The notes beneath the pieces were generated by a model. It was not told where the DNA came from. It did no database searches and was given only the letters and a program-made list of their open reading frames with translations. From a virus (lineage: Duplodnaviria > Caudoviricetes), in the IMG/VR virus record IMGVR_UViG_3300005711_000021, positions 1 to 64,000 of that record: DNA of 64,000 nucleotides; one strand, given 5' to 3'. Positions 47,314 through 58,419 of the stretch are shown piece after piece. The first letter of the stretch is position 1, and every line of letters begins with the position of its first letter. Position numbers and translations under genes: made by a program.

Positions 47314-50300
47314 ATGAGTCAATCTACTAATAATGCTTCAAAAATACTTGACGAGCTTTTAATTACATCTGAAGGTTACGTCCTAAAAGATGATGATTTT
47401 AGTTTACCTACAGATATGGATTTCTCTTCAGAAAGTTTTAGTGTAGACTTATACAACAAGTTAAATAATGGTGAATTAGATTTTCCATTATATTTAGAAA
47501 CACCATTTTCAACAAAACCAGGTTATTATGAAGATGAACGTGTTTTTATTGCAACAGCTGTTCCATATATCAAAAAAGCTATTAAAAAACATATACCTGA
47601 TAACATAAGAGCTTTAAATACAGCTGAGTCACATGAACAACTAAACTCTGATGACGGCGATACTGTTTACTTTATGAATGAAACTTTATTTTCAGGTGAA
47701 TCTGCTTTTATATTAGGTGATAGAGCATATGAAAACTTAGATGAGTTTTTAAATATTCAATCTAACAAAAACGGTAAGTTTGGTGTCCGTTTCCTAGGTA
47801 TAGATGCACCCGAAATTCCTCACTACATATCTACGCCAATGACATCTGGAGATATTCATAAATTTAAATTCGGAAAGATTAAAAACAAAAGTAACTTTGT
47901 TTTTTCTAAGTTTAAAATATCTGGAGAGTCTATTCTTGATAGAAATGATAATGATACAATAAGTTTTTTCTATGACTCAGAAAATGATACATATTATGAA
48001 ATAATTGAAGAACATTTTGCTCCAGGTTATTTAGATTTATCGGATGAAGAAAAGAAAAAAATAGAAAGTCTAAATGGCACAATCGGAAAAATCGTATATG
48101 TAGATGAGTCTAAAAAGACAACTGTTAAAAAAGGACTTGAAGCTGCAGAAACAGTTAGAGATATGGTTGGTAGAGCAGAAGAAATTTGTTTAATGTTAGA
48201 CCAACAAAGTTTAAATAGACAAACTAACCATTATGAATCACCTTATAATAATGATTACTACTCTTATAACTTCTCACATGCTTTAACACCATGGAATACT
48301 ATTAAAAACTATTGGAATAAATTTTTTAGTGATGCCCGTTATAAATATATGGGATTTAATGCATGGGGACAAGATAATAATAAACGTATGCTTGGAACTA
48401 TTTATTTAAAAGTAGTAGTACCTGAATTAGGTGAAGAAGCTGTTTGGATTAACTTATCTAAATATGTTCTTCAAAAGTTTCCTAAGGATGTAGAAGCATT
48501 ACCAGATTATACATCAGATCCAAAACAAAACTTACATAATGGTTTTTGTTCAAGTGCTTTTAAATTATGGACATATAACTTTACAGACCAAGTAATTCTT
48601 GATGCATTCACAACTTATACAGATGATTTTGTTGAAGAAAGAAATAAAATCTTTGAAGAACTTGCTGGAATGAGTATGAATGATATAAAAGAATATACGA
48701 TGATTTTAGGAGATAATGTTTTTATCGTGCCTCCAACATCTATTCGTTGTATGACTCAAACTCAAGCAGAAAGAGTACAGCTTTTACGTTCAAGAGGTTC
48801 TGCTACAAAGCAAGCTCCTATTTCTGAAAAGATGATAGAACTAAAACTTTATTTTAATAATGAAGATGGTATTAATGGTACACCATATGATGTAACACTC
48901 CCTAATGGACATAAAATAACTTATTGGATGAATGGATTAAGAAGTTTAATAGCTCAATTTAAATTAACACCGTTCTTACCTATTGAAAATAATTATATCA
49001 ATCAAGTGCTTAATGTATATGCAGTTACTTTAATGGATTTACAAGTATCTACAATGCCAGGTTTTCCTAAATGTTTACAAGTTACATTAACACTTCAAGA
49101 ATTTAATTATCATATTTATATGCCCGAATTACCTCTTCCTGAATTATTAAAAGAAGAAGATTTGTATATTAATATGTTTGCTAGATGTATTCATTATCCA
49201 GTAATGCGTTGGTACTATCAACGACTTCTTCAAAAAGGTGAAAAAGTTAAAAACTTAGCTTTTAATAGTAAAGAATATATTGCAGAAACATTCGGTTCTA
49301 ATACGGCACTTGTTCCAATGGATTTTAAAGATTCAGCAATTGAATTTTACTTACCAGATAAAAAACTTTTAGATAGACGTTTACAAGTTTTCCTTGCAAG
49401 AGAATCTAAACCTTTACGTTCTTCTTATGAATTAACAGATGACGGCAAAGAACTTATTAGACAAATGGCCCCTATCTATAATGATTTACTTATAAATAAA
49501 ATAAATAAAGACACAATTGCTTTAGGTAAAAAAATAACAGAAGTTTGTACAGTTGATTATTCAGGTGTTAAAGAATATTATCCTCATACTTTATTTGATA
49601 TTAAAACGAATTCTGCTGTTCTTGAAAATAATGATGTAGGTCAGTTTTACAAATACAAATATCAATTAGTCGGATCAGATAACAATATGTTATTTGGCTC
49701 ATCATTTGCAAATTACACATCAGAAACAGAAAACAGATTCTTTAAATCTGATTTTGGGATTGAACGTGTACAACCACCTATTGGAAATTTTGTAAGAGCT
49801 ATTGAATATGACAATATCCCAATTGATGATTATGATGGTAGAGCAAAAACAACAGGCTCTCCTTATGTATCAAAACATATATCTGACTACTTTAATAGCT
49901 TTACAGGTTTATCTAAATTTGGTGGTTACGAAGTAAAAGAAAGTATTGAAACATATGAAAATGGTAAAGAAGGACGATTTATTTTTGATGTATATGTTGC
50001 AATGCCACAAATACTTAAATCTCAAGTAGAAAGAGAAGAGTTTTTAAAAAATGTTATTACTCAATTAAAAGTAGATAATAATTCGGATATATTTGATTAT
50101 AATTCAGCAGGAGCATTATGTATTAAAATTCGATTTGCAATTCCTACACTTGTTTATAAAGTTAATCTTTATTCAAAAGAGGAACATATTGTTCATGTTG
50201 CAAATGGCGATATTTCATTAGACACATATAGTAATGGATTTGCATTTTTAGGATTTTGTGATCAAAACGTAAAAACTATTTATTTAGAAGATGGCACAAA

Positions 50301-53300
50301 AGAATACTTAGACTATACTGGAAATGCAATGGAAGATATGTCTGAAGATGCTATTGAAGCAAATAAATACAACTACCTAGAATCAGAAAACAGTATTGAT
50401 TTCAAGAAATATGATTTCGGCGAAGATATTAATATTCAATCTATCAGCTGTTCTTATTCAAATAGTTTAGCAAGAGTAAGACTAAATGCTATGGATGGTT
50501 ATGCACATCAATTCTGTGGCGGACAAGATTCTGTTATAGAGATTTCTATTACAACAAAGAATGAATCAGCAGCTTCATTACTTCAAAACCTACCTAGAAT
50601 TGCAGCAAGTTATGTTATTGATTATAAAGAAATTCTTCCATGTTGGCCACTTCGTATAAAGTCAGAGATTACAAAGCTATTTGGTATTAATGAAGTATTA
50701 GTTGAAGCAGTAGATTTATCAACTGTACCAAACTATCCAGGACTATATAGTATCACATTGAGAATGGTATCTGTAGATAGAAGTACTCGTAATAGAGAGA
50801 CACTTAAAAAACTTGAAGAAATTAATAATGCAGGTACTCTTGCAAATGATGCTAAAGGTGAATATATGCAAAATACATTCTTTGATTTAAATCGTGTATT
50901 AGGCAAAGCAGAAATTTATCCTGATTTAGAATTACCATTAGTAGATGAACTTGAATATGCTGGTTATAAGTTAACAAAATATTATAATCCAGAACAAAGT
51001 ACAAGAAAATATTTAGACCCAGATTTCTATTTTGTTTATGCTCATATTCTTACTCATGAGCTATTAAAATCAGCAATACAAAAAGGATTAGATGAACAAA
51101 AAGTAGAACTTGGTTTTGAACTTAATGATAAATTTGGAAGTTCATATTTAGTTAAAGAAAACACAGATACAGAATCCAATTTACCAATGTCTGCAGAACC
51201 CACAAATGATGTTGCAAAAGATATACAACAACAAGCAGAAGCTGCTTATTCAACTAAATATATAGATTCTGTTGCAGATACAATGAATAGAAGAGGATGG
51301 TTGGCTCTTGAAGAGAAATATAAATTATCTTCTAAATTACCTCAAACACTTGCAGGAATGAAAACACCAGTTTGGTCTATTACAGATAAGCTTGTCTTTC
51401 CATTAAGAGAAGAACAATACAAGTTAATTTATAATGGTAATGAAGAACAAGATAATATTTATCACCAACAAATTAAATCCCATGAAGATAAAATGTATTC
51501 TATTATAGATAATGAATTAAACTATCCAATTAACATGAAAGCAATCGGTATGGAAGAATACACTAAGAAAAATTTTCCTGGTGATCATTTAAGAGATAGC
51601 GAATCATTATTAAAGTGGGCAGAAAAACGTATTGGTAAATTCTCTAAACAATATGCTTATAATCGTTCATTCATTAATGAGTTGGCACATGATAATTTAA
51701 ATGATCCAACTGCTGTTAAAGTAAATGGATTAAAAGATATTCTTCTTGCTTTTGCAGATAGTGCTACAGGCTATGCATTTTGTGAAACTACAAAAGTCCT
51801 TGCAATAAATTTAGCTTCAACAAAAGATGATAAATATTCTGCTGTAAACTGGAAGCTTAAAATGTTTAATAATTATGGTGGACAAGTTTATAATGGAAAT
51901 ACTGTTAATTGGGATGTGCTAGAACCTTATTGTAAAACAAGAGGTAAGGACAGAGAGTTTGCAATGAATCTAGATGATGCGATTGAGAATGGTACATCAT
52001 TTGGTATTTATCAAATTCAAATGTATCCAAAGGCTGCTATTATTGATTTAATGTCAAGTGAATATGAAAAACAAAAAGTAATGCAAAGTAAAGTAGAGTT
52101 TGTTTTCTTAGATCCTTATTATAGATCGTTACAATTAGATGATCCTACAAGTGATGAATTAAAAGCTTATAAAATGAAATTATTACTTGACCCAGCATAT
52201 TGTGCGTATGCTTATATTAGAAATCTAATGGTATGGTATAAATATCTTCTAAAAGAAGAAATTGCTTTATCTATGTATGAAACCATTAAAAATGAAGCTG
52301 CTAGTAAAATAAAAGTTTCAATAGGAGATATCAATTCTTATGGTTACGGCAGCTCGGGAGAAACAATTAATAATTTCAAAGAAGATAAATTTGAAAAAGC
52401 TACTAATCAAACGTATAAAGAAGTTTTTACTCAACATGCAAAAGTATTCGCTATTGCCTATGCAGTCTTATACGATACTAAAAATAATAACCATCTAGCA
52501 ACGGAAACAGCTCTTGAAGAAGAAGGCGTTCCAAATGAGTTATTTAGTTATGTAGATAAATACAAAAACAAGACTGAAAAAGATTTAAAAGCTTTAGAAG
52601 TAGATATTAGAAAAGACTTAAAAAAGGAAAAAGAAAACAAAGAACACTCAGATGAAATCAAAGAAGCTTATATTAATAACTATAAACTTATGCTTTCTGC
52701 ATTAGGCTATGATGTAGATAATGATACCCATACAGAAGTTACATACGACAATCTTTTAAGATATGGTGTTGCTATTGTAGGTCAATATGAAACACAAAAA
52801 GAAGAATCTCGTATCAATAATCAAACTTTTAAAGAAATAATTGAACAACTTACTTCTGATAAAAAAGATATTATAAAAGGTAAATTAATAGGTCTTTCTT
52901 TATTACTTCTTAAAAATGGTGGCAGTGTTTTATCTGCAATGAGAAGAAGAGAAACTTATGAGCTAGATAGTTTAATGTTGAGTTTACCAATGCCAACAAT
53001 TAATGGCGAAAACAATGATTTAAGAAAATATGTTTTAGCATTAGATGGACGTGGCGTATTAAAATTAGAATATGTAGGTTCTTCTACTCAATCTGCAGAA
53101 TCGTTGGTTAAATTTGCAGCTTCAACTAGAATTAACATTAAAAAATGTAATAACATTCGAGAGTATCTAAAAGACTCATTCTTAGATATGATTAAATACG
53201 ATAAGCGAGGAAGAATGTTAAGAGCTTTCCCTACTTATTACATGTTATTTATAGATGAAGGACGTGATATTGGTTTATGGAAACTACATGATAACTTTTA

Positions 53301-56300
53301 TAATATGAATGCAATTTCAGAAATCACTATTACGAAATCTAGAAAAATAGCTGCTGATACAGCTCAAATTACAATGAGTAATATGTTTAAAACATTCTCT
53401 ACAGATGATGCACAAAAAGATTATGATGCTTCAGAAATCAATAATGTACGTTATAATATGAGAACTGCATTTAACTCTATATTCTCTCCTAGAGTATATG
53501 CTATGAAAGAAGAAGCATTAAGACAATTAGATGAAACACCTAGAGCTGCTCAAATAAATCCAGGAGTACGTGTTCATATTAGAATGGGATATGGAGCAAA
53601 TGCTGCCGATCTTCCTGTATTATTTAATGGTTGTATTGCTGAAGTAGGAACAACTGATCTTGCAGATATTGTTGCTCAAGGTGACGGTGTGGAGCTATTA
53701 AATCCAATAACAGATATTGATGATGCATCTGATGTTGAAAATAAAGAAAAATTCTTTATTGAAAAATGGGTGGATAATTGGCTCACAAATGGTGCAACAC
53801 CAAAACAAATCATGACTGCATTATTAATTAGTAGAGGAACATGGTTTCAAGAATTACTTCGTACTTATTCAAATGGTCGTTTCTTTAATAGAAATCCATA
53901 TGGTATTGTTCACTTTGGAGATCAAGAGTTTAAAGATATATTCTCTGCAGGTGAAGTTGTACAAAACATTTATGAAGCGAATCCAAGAGCTACTTATGGA
54001 GAACATGAAAAATACTCAGGCTTAGAAGCTTATTATGATACATTTAATACACCTGTTATTTCTATGCATTTATTAGGTAAAACATTTTGGGATGTTATGC
54101 ATATATGTGCATCTGTTCAACCAGATTATATTACAAGTGTTGTGCCTTTTGGCATGAGAAGTTCTATTTTTTATGGTGCTCCAAGATACTATTATGCATA
54201 TGATTATGCAGAAGAGAAATTAGATAATGGTGGAAGAATCATAAAAGAAAAACGTAAGCCATTCCAACAATATCATTTATATAGTTCATTTACAGATATT
54301 ATCCATAATAACATAAGAGCTTCTGCAAAAGAGATTAAAACAAATGCTGTAGGACTTTATCAAGAATCTCATCTGTTTGGAGATAAAGTAAAACAGGTAG
54401 GTCCACTCTTTGTAGATTTTGATATTTATCCAGAATACCAAAAGTCAATGACTGTAGATACACAGTTATGGGCAAAAGGTATGCCAGTTCTAGGTAATAT
54501 GTTTGGATTTACGGCTGATTTATCAAAAGATGTTTCTAATAAAGGATTTAATAAAATTCCTGGTGCAAAAGAAATTGCATGGCGTATGACAGCTTCAGCT
54601 TTAAAAAATTCTGTTAAAGATATGTATACTGGAGAGCTTACTGTCATAGGAGATCCAACAGTTAAACCATATGATAGAATGGTTATATCTGATGCTTATG
54701 AAAGAATAGATGGTCAATGTGAAGTAGAAGCAGTTGTTCATACATTAAATACTACAACAGGATTTACAACAAGTATTTATGCCGATTGTATTTCTATTGT
54801 AGATGATCAATACGAACAATATGCTAATATCTTCCTTAATAAAGTAATGGGTTATGCTTCAGCTTCATTAGCAGCAAACTGTATTGGTTTTGTATTTAAT
54901 AAACATGGTAGACCTATCGTTACTTCTCTTATTAAGATGACAACTAATGGAGTTGGAAAAGGTATTAACATTGCAAAGAATATAGAATCATTTTTAGGAA
55001 AAGATGATTTAGCAATTGTTAATAAGATTATTTCAGCTAATGATAAATTATTATCTTTTACAGGTCATTCTGTAGAATCAACTTTTTTATCTGTATTCAA
55101 AAATAGTTTAAAAAAGACAACATCTAAGTTAACAGCTTACTCTGGTTTAAATGTTGTTAGTGTTATTCAAGCAGATGATTATTTAAAGAACCTAGCTGCT
55201 ACATTAAATGAAATAGAAGATGGAACGATAAAGAAACAAATTACTAAAATAATAGCAAGTGAAAAAGACGATTTAGCAATTGCTAAACAAGCTCTTAGTG
55301 AATATAATGAACTAGCAAAACTAAAGAAATCTAGTATATCTCATTTATTAAAAGCAGATGATGATTTAATAAGTGCAATTACAAAACTAGCAAGTCATAG
55401 TCAATTAGATGATGCATCTAAAGTTGTGTTTAATCAGATAAGGTCTAATCCAGATTTCTTATCAGATACTAAAAACATTAATAGCTTTAGAAAAGCATTA
55501 GTAGCTAGTGAGAAATTAGGAGATGATGCTTTAGACGTAGCAAAAGCTCTTAAAAAGATTATGAATAACTCCGATGATATTGCAAAAGCCGCTTTAAGTA
55601 TGTCAGATGATGTTCTAAAAAAAGGTGGATTAAAAACTTTATTTACATCAGGTTCTGAAACTTTACTTGGTGGAATTGCAGCAACTGGTATTTGGCCCGC
55701 ATTAATTCTAATGGTATTAGAAATGGCAATAACAGCTTTAATCGGAGGTTATGCAACAGAATTTGTTTATCGTTATTTACAAAATCTAGAGGTTCTAAAA
55801 ATTTATCCACTTAAGAGAAAAGGTCGAGTAATGGTAGCTGGTATTGATGGACATAAAGGAGTAGTTGTAGGATCACCTACAGAAAATCAACAAGGTGAAT
55901 GGACTCAATTTGTTTCTTCATTATTTGATGGAGACAAAGGAGGGTTCGTTAAATCATGTATTAATTTCTTTATTGATGATGTTAATATTAATACGGCTGC
56001 AAAACGATTAAGAACAGATAATTATTTACCTGAGAAACAAGGTAATGTTAATAGTGACATCACTCTTGAATCTGTAAAACAAGCCATTGCTAAAGATATA
56101 AATTCAATCTACTCTAACAATGGTAAGTATAGTGCTAGAGAAGTTATGAAACTTGATAGAATTATGAACTTAAAAGATGAAAATGAATTAAAGAAACATT
56201 TAATTGATCCTAACTTTAAATCTGGAACGATGCCAAGTAAAAATGTAATATCACTAAGAACGAATCCAATTCAAGAGGATGAAGAAATCAAGCCATATTT

Positions 56301-56772
56301 AGAATCTAACTTTGCAAGTATTTTTACGGCTTCTCAATCAGGTTCTATAGAACCACTAAGTATTAACTTTAATGGGAAAGATGTAGATATGCAATGTTAT
56401 ACTGATTCTGGTGCATGGATTATTCCATGTTTAAGATATGATGCAATGCTATTATTAAAAGATTGCTTACGTATTTTATTTGAAGATAGTAATGTTGCAA
56501 ATTATAACAACGAAGAAAAGATTACACCTCATGTCTTTATAACTTCTGCAACGATTATCGGAGGAAAGGCAAGTTGGGAGAATACAGGTTATGCATTTAG
56601 ACTTCAACTAGATGGTTCAAAATATACTAAAGAAGATGCTTATAATTTTACATTAAGAATGAAGGAGTATCATGCTTCTATTGATGTTACTAATTATATG
56701 GAATGTTATATTATTCAAAAGAAGAAAACAGAAATATTATTTATTGTTAAACCTGTTGAAACTTATGAATAA
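47314..56772 (+). CDS. giant baseplate hub-like protein with N-terminal SNase (thermonuclease) domain
   Basis: DGDT, VRFLGIDAPE and DNNKRMLG (SNase); VHIRMGYG...LFNGCI and GELTVIGDPTVKP...VEAVVH...GFTT (gp27/gpD-type hub). Confidence 0.7.
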   Translation: MSQSTNNASKILDELLITSEGYVLKDDDFSLPTDMDFSSESFSVDLYNKLNNGELDFPLYLETPFSTKPGYYEDERVFIATAVPYIKKAIKKHIPDNIRALNTAESHEQLNSDDGDTVYFMNETLFSGESAFILGDRAYENLDEFLNIQSNKNGKFGVRFLGIDAPEIPHYISTPMTSGDIHKFKFGKIKNKSNFVFSKFKISGESILDRNDNDTISFFYDSENDTYYEIIEEHFAPGYLDLSDEEKKKIESLNGTIGKIVYVDESKKTTVKKGLEAAETVRDMVGRAEEICLMLDQQSLNRQTNHYESPYNNDYYSYNFSHALTPWNTIKNYWNKFFSDARYKYMGFNAWGQDNNKRMLGTIYLKVVVPELGEEAVWINLSKYVLQKFPKDVEALPDYTSDPKQNLHNGFCSSAFKLWTYNFTDQVILDAFTTYTDDFVEERNKIFEELAGMSMNDIKEYTMILGDNVFIVPPTSIRCMTQTQAERVQLLRSRGSATKQAPISEKMIELKLYFNNEDGINGTPYDVTLPNGHKITYWMNGLRSLIAQFKLTPFLPIENNYINQVLNVYAVTLMDLQVSTMPGFPKCLQVTLTLQEFNYHIYMPELPLPELLKEEDLYINMFARCIHYPVMRWYYQRLLQKGEKVKNLAFNSKEYIAETFGSNTALVPMDFKDSAIEFYLPDKKLLDRRLQVFLARESKPLRSSYELTDDGKELIRQMAPIYNDLLINKINKDTIALGKKITEVCTVDYSGVKEYYPHTLFDIKTNSAVLENNDVGQFYKYKYQLVGSDNNMLFGSSFANYTSETENRFFKSDFGIERVQPPIGNFVRAIEYDNIPIDDYDGRAKTTGSPYVSKHISDYFNSFTGLSKFGGYEVKESIETYENGKEGRFIFDVYVAMPQILKSQVEREEFLKNVITQLKVDNNSDIFDYNSAGALCIKIRFAIPTLVYKVNLYSKEEHIVHVANGDISLDTYSNGFAFLGFCDQNVKTIYLEDGTKEYLDYTGNAMEDMSEDAIEANKYNYLESENSIDFKKYDFGEDINIQSISCSYSNSLARVRLNAMDGYAHQFCGGQDSVIEISITTKNESAASLLQNLPRIAASYVIDYKEILPCWPLRIKSEITKLFGINEVLVEAVDLSTVPNYPGLYSITLRMVSVDRSTRNRETLKKLEEINNAGTLANDAKGEYMQNTFFDLNRVLGKAEIYPDLELPLVDELEYAGYKLTKYYNPEQSTRKYLDPDFYFVYAHILTHELLKSAIQKGLDEQKVELGFELNDKFGSSYLVKENTDTESNLPMSAEPTNDVAKDIQQQAEAAYSTKYIDSVADTMNRRGWLALEEKYKLSSKLPQTLAGMKTPVWSITDKLVFPLREEQYKLIYNGNEEQDNIYHQQIKSHEDKMYSIIDNELNYPINMKAIGMEEYTKKNFPGDHLRDSESLLKWAEKRIGKFSKQYAYNRSFINELAHDNLNDPTAVKVNGLKDILLAFADSATGYAFCETTKVLAINLASTKDDKYSAVNWKLKMFNNYGGQVYNGNTVNWDVLEPYCKTRGKDREFAMNLDDAIENGTSFGIYQIQMYPKAAIIDLMSSEYEKQKVMQSKVEFVFLDPYYRSLQLDDPTSDELKAYKMKLLLDPAYCAYAYIRNLMVWYKYLLKEEIALSMYETIKNEAASKIKVSIGDINSYGYGSSGETINNFKEDKFEKATNQTYKEVFTQHAKVFAIAYAVLYDTKNNNHLATETALEEEGVPNELFSYVDKYKNKTEKDLKALEVDIRKDLKKEKENKEHSDEIKEAYINNYKLMLSALGYDVDNDTHTEVTYDNLLRYGVAIVGQYETQKEESRINNQTFKEIIEQLTSDKKDIIKGKLIGLSLLLLKNGGSVLSAMRRRETYELDSLMLSLPMPTINGENNDLRKYVLALDGRGVLKLEYVGSSTQSAESLVKFAASTRINIKKCNNIREYLKDSFLDMIKYDKRGRMLRAFPTYYMLFIDEGRDIGLWKLHDNFYNMNAISEITITKSRKIAADTAQITMSNMFKTFSTDDAQKDYDASEINNVRYNMRTAFNSIFSPRVYAMKEEALRQLDETPRAAQINPGVRVHIRMGYGANAADLPVLFNGCIAEVGTTDLADIVAQGDGVELLNPITDIDDASDVENKEKFFIEKWVDNWLTNGATPKQIMTALLISRGTWFQELLRTYSNGRFFNRNPYGIVHFGDQEFKDIFSAGEVVQNIYEANPRATYGEHEKYSGLEAYYDTFNTPVISMHLLGKTFWDVMHICASVQPDYITSVVPFGMRSSIFYGAPRYYYAYDYAEEKLDNGGRIIKEKRKPFQQYHLYSSFTDIIHNNIRASAKEIKTNAVGLYQESHLFGDKVKQVGPLFVDFDIYPEYQKSMTVDTQLWAKGMPVLGNMFGFTADLSKDVSNKGFNKIPGAKEIAWRMTASALKNSVKDMYTGELTVIGDPTVKPYDRMVISDAYERIDGQCEVEAVVHTLNTTTGFTTSIYADCISIVDDQYEQYANIFLNKVMGYASASLAANCIGFVFNKHGRPIVTSLIKMTTNGVGKGINIAKNIESFLGKDDLAIVNKIISANDKLLSFTGHSVESTFLSVFKNSLKKTTSKLTAYSGLNVVSVIQADDYLKNLAATLNEIEDGTIKKQITKIIASEKDDLAIAKQALSEYNELAKLKKSSISHLLKADDDLISAITKLASHSQLDDASKVVFNQIRSNPDFLSDTKNINSFRKALVASEKLGDDALDVAKALKKIMNNSDDIAKAALSMSDDVLKKGGLKTLFTSGSETLLGGIAATGIWPALILMVLEMAITALIGGYATEFVYRYLQNLEVLKIYPLKRKGRVMVAGIDGHKGVVVGSPTENQQGEWTQFVSSLFDGDKGGFVKSCINFFIDDVNINTAAKRLRTDNYLPEKQGNVNSDITLESVKQAIAKDINSIYSNNGKYSAREVMKLDRIMNLKDENELKKHLIDPNFKSGTMPSKNVISLRTNPIQEDEEIKPYLESNFASIFTASQSGSIEPLSINFNGKDVDMQCYTDSGAWIIPCLRYDAMLLLKDCLRILFEDSNVANYNNEEKITPHVFITSATIIGGKASWENTGYAFRLQLDGSKYTKEDAYNFTLRMKEYHASIDVTNYMECYIIQKKKTEILFIVKPVETYE

Positions 56773-56787
56773 AAAGGAGAGATATAT

Positions 56788-57156
56788 ATGAGTGAAATAA
56801 AAAAAAGAATACAAGAGATTAATAATCCTGCGGTGCATAACCGCAGGAGTTTTACTACAGTAGGAAAGGTTACAAAAATAAACGAAAAAACAAATACTTG
56901 TTCTATTCAATATATCAATAATGAAGGATATTATAGTAATAAAGACAATGTACATATACAAATATTAATGCCAGGTTTTATAGGATGGTTTCCAAAAGTA
57001 GATGATTTTGTTTGTATCAATATTATAGAAAGAAACATTGTTGTAACTGGTCCAGCAGATAATACTTATTCAATGAAGACACGTTCTAAAATCCAAACAA
57101 AAAAAGAAATTCTATCGAATGACTTTGGAAGTACTTTAGCTGGCAATATTTTTTAA
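56788..57156 (+). CDS. baseplate spike N-terminal OB-fold-like protein
   Basis: TVGKVTKIN...CSIQY...WFPKVDDFV pattern; follows the hub gene. Confidence 0.55.
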   Translation: MSEIKKRIQEINNPAVHNRRSFTTVGKVTKINEKTNTCSIQYINNEGYYSNKDNVHIQILMPGFIGWFPKVDDFVCINIIERNIVVTGPADNTYSMKTRSKIQTKKEILSNDFGSTLAGNIF

Positions 57157-57170
57157 AGGGGGAGTATAGT

Positions 57171-58403
57171 ATGGAACAAAATGAAGTTTATTTAAAAGTG
57201 AAAGATGAAAATGACCCATCCACAGCCATTGCTCGTTTTAAAGATAAAAGTTTAAATCCAGATCGAACATCTGATAGAGGTATCGTTAACGAAGAAAATG
57301 CATCTTCACTTATAATAAAAGAAAATGGGAATATTATTATTAGTAGCGATGAAACATCTAATATAAAAATCAATCAAGAAAAAATCATTGAAACAACAAA
57401 TGAATCTGTAACGATTTCTAATAGAAGATTTTTAAATACAGATGAAGTTATTATTAATAATCAAAAAATGAATCCTCAGTTACTTGAACTATCAGATACA
57501 AAAGTATTATTTGATAATCCAAATGACTCTATTGGAAACTTAATGATGGATGGAACAGTTCTTGTGAAAACATGGGAACCTTATTTAAAAAAATATGTTT
57601 TAATTAGACGTAAAATCAGAACACCATTATTCTCACATAAACTTAATAAACCAGAAGCACCAGAGTTTATGGATACAATAACAGACTATGTAACTGATTT
57701 AACAGCTAATACTGCAATGCTTATTAGAGATGAAAAGATTAAAAAAGAAAAAATCACAGCACAAGAAGAAGCTGCACAAGGTGGTTCTATTTATGACCAA
57801 GGTGATTACAATAATTATCTTACTGAATTTGTTCAATCCTCTAATAGTATTACAAATCAAGGAGGTATAGAAACTGTTTATAACAGTAATGGTTATACAA
57901 CTACAAATGATATTATTTCAACTAGTTCTGGGTCTACTCCTTTATTGTGGCCAGTACCAGAATATAACGGAGCTTATTCTTCTGACTATGGTTCAAGATG
58001 GGGTAAACATCATGAAGGTGTAGATATTCCTCCTAATCCATCTCTTCATAAGAAAACAAAGATTGCTGCTGCTGAAGCAGGTACGGTTATTGCTGCTCGT
58101 TCAGCTCCAGAGTATCCTTTATATGGTTCACCACCTTTTACTGGTTATGGTCAAGTTATAGAAATTGATCATGGTAATGGATTAAAAACACTTTATGCTC
58201 ATTTAGATAAAGTGCTAGTAAAAGAAGGACAAACTGTTGCTAGAGGACAACATATAGGATACATGGGTTGTACAGGAAGTGTTGTTTCAAGCACAGGAGA
58301 TGGTACTCATTTACACTTTACAGTATGGGGAACTTGGAATAGAAAAACAGTAGACCGTTATACAGGATTCGATCCAAAACAATTTATTAAACCTCAAAAT
58401 TAG
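57171..58403 (+). CDS. baseplate/spike protein with C-terminal M23 peptidase
   Basis: HEGVD (HxxxD), GYGQVIEIDHGNG..TLYAHL and THLHF (HxH). Confidence 0.88.
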   Translation: MEQNEVYLKVKDENDPSTAIARFKDKSLNPDRTSDRGIVNEENASSLIIKENGNIIISSDETSNIKINQEKIIETTNESVTISNRRFLNTDEVIINNQKMNPQLLELSDTKVLFDNPNDSIGNLMMDGTVLVKTWEPYLKKYVLIRRKIRTPLFSHKLNKPEAPEFMDTITDYVTDLTANTAMLIRDEKIKKEKITAQEEAAQGGSIYDQGDYNNYLTEFVQSSNSITNQGGIETVYNSNGYTTTNDIISTSSGSTPLLWPVPEYNGAYSSDYGSRWGKHHEGVDIPPNPSLHKKTKIAAAEAGTVIAARSAPEYPLYGSPPFTGYGQVIEIDHGNGLKTLYAHLDKVLVKEGQTVARGQHIGYMGCTGSVVSSTGDGTHLHFTVWGTWNRKTVDRYTGFDPKQFIKPQN

Positions 58404-58419
58404 TAAAGGGTGATTTATT

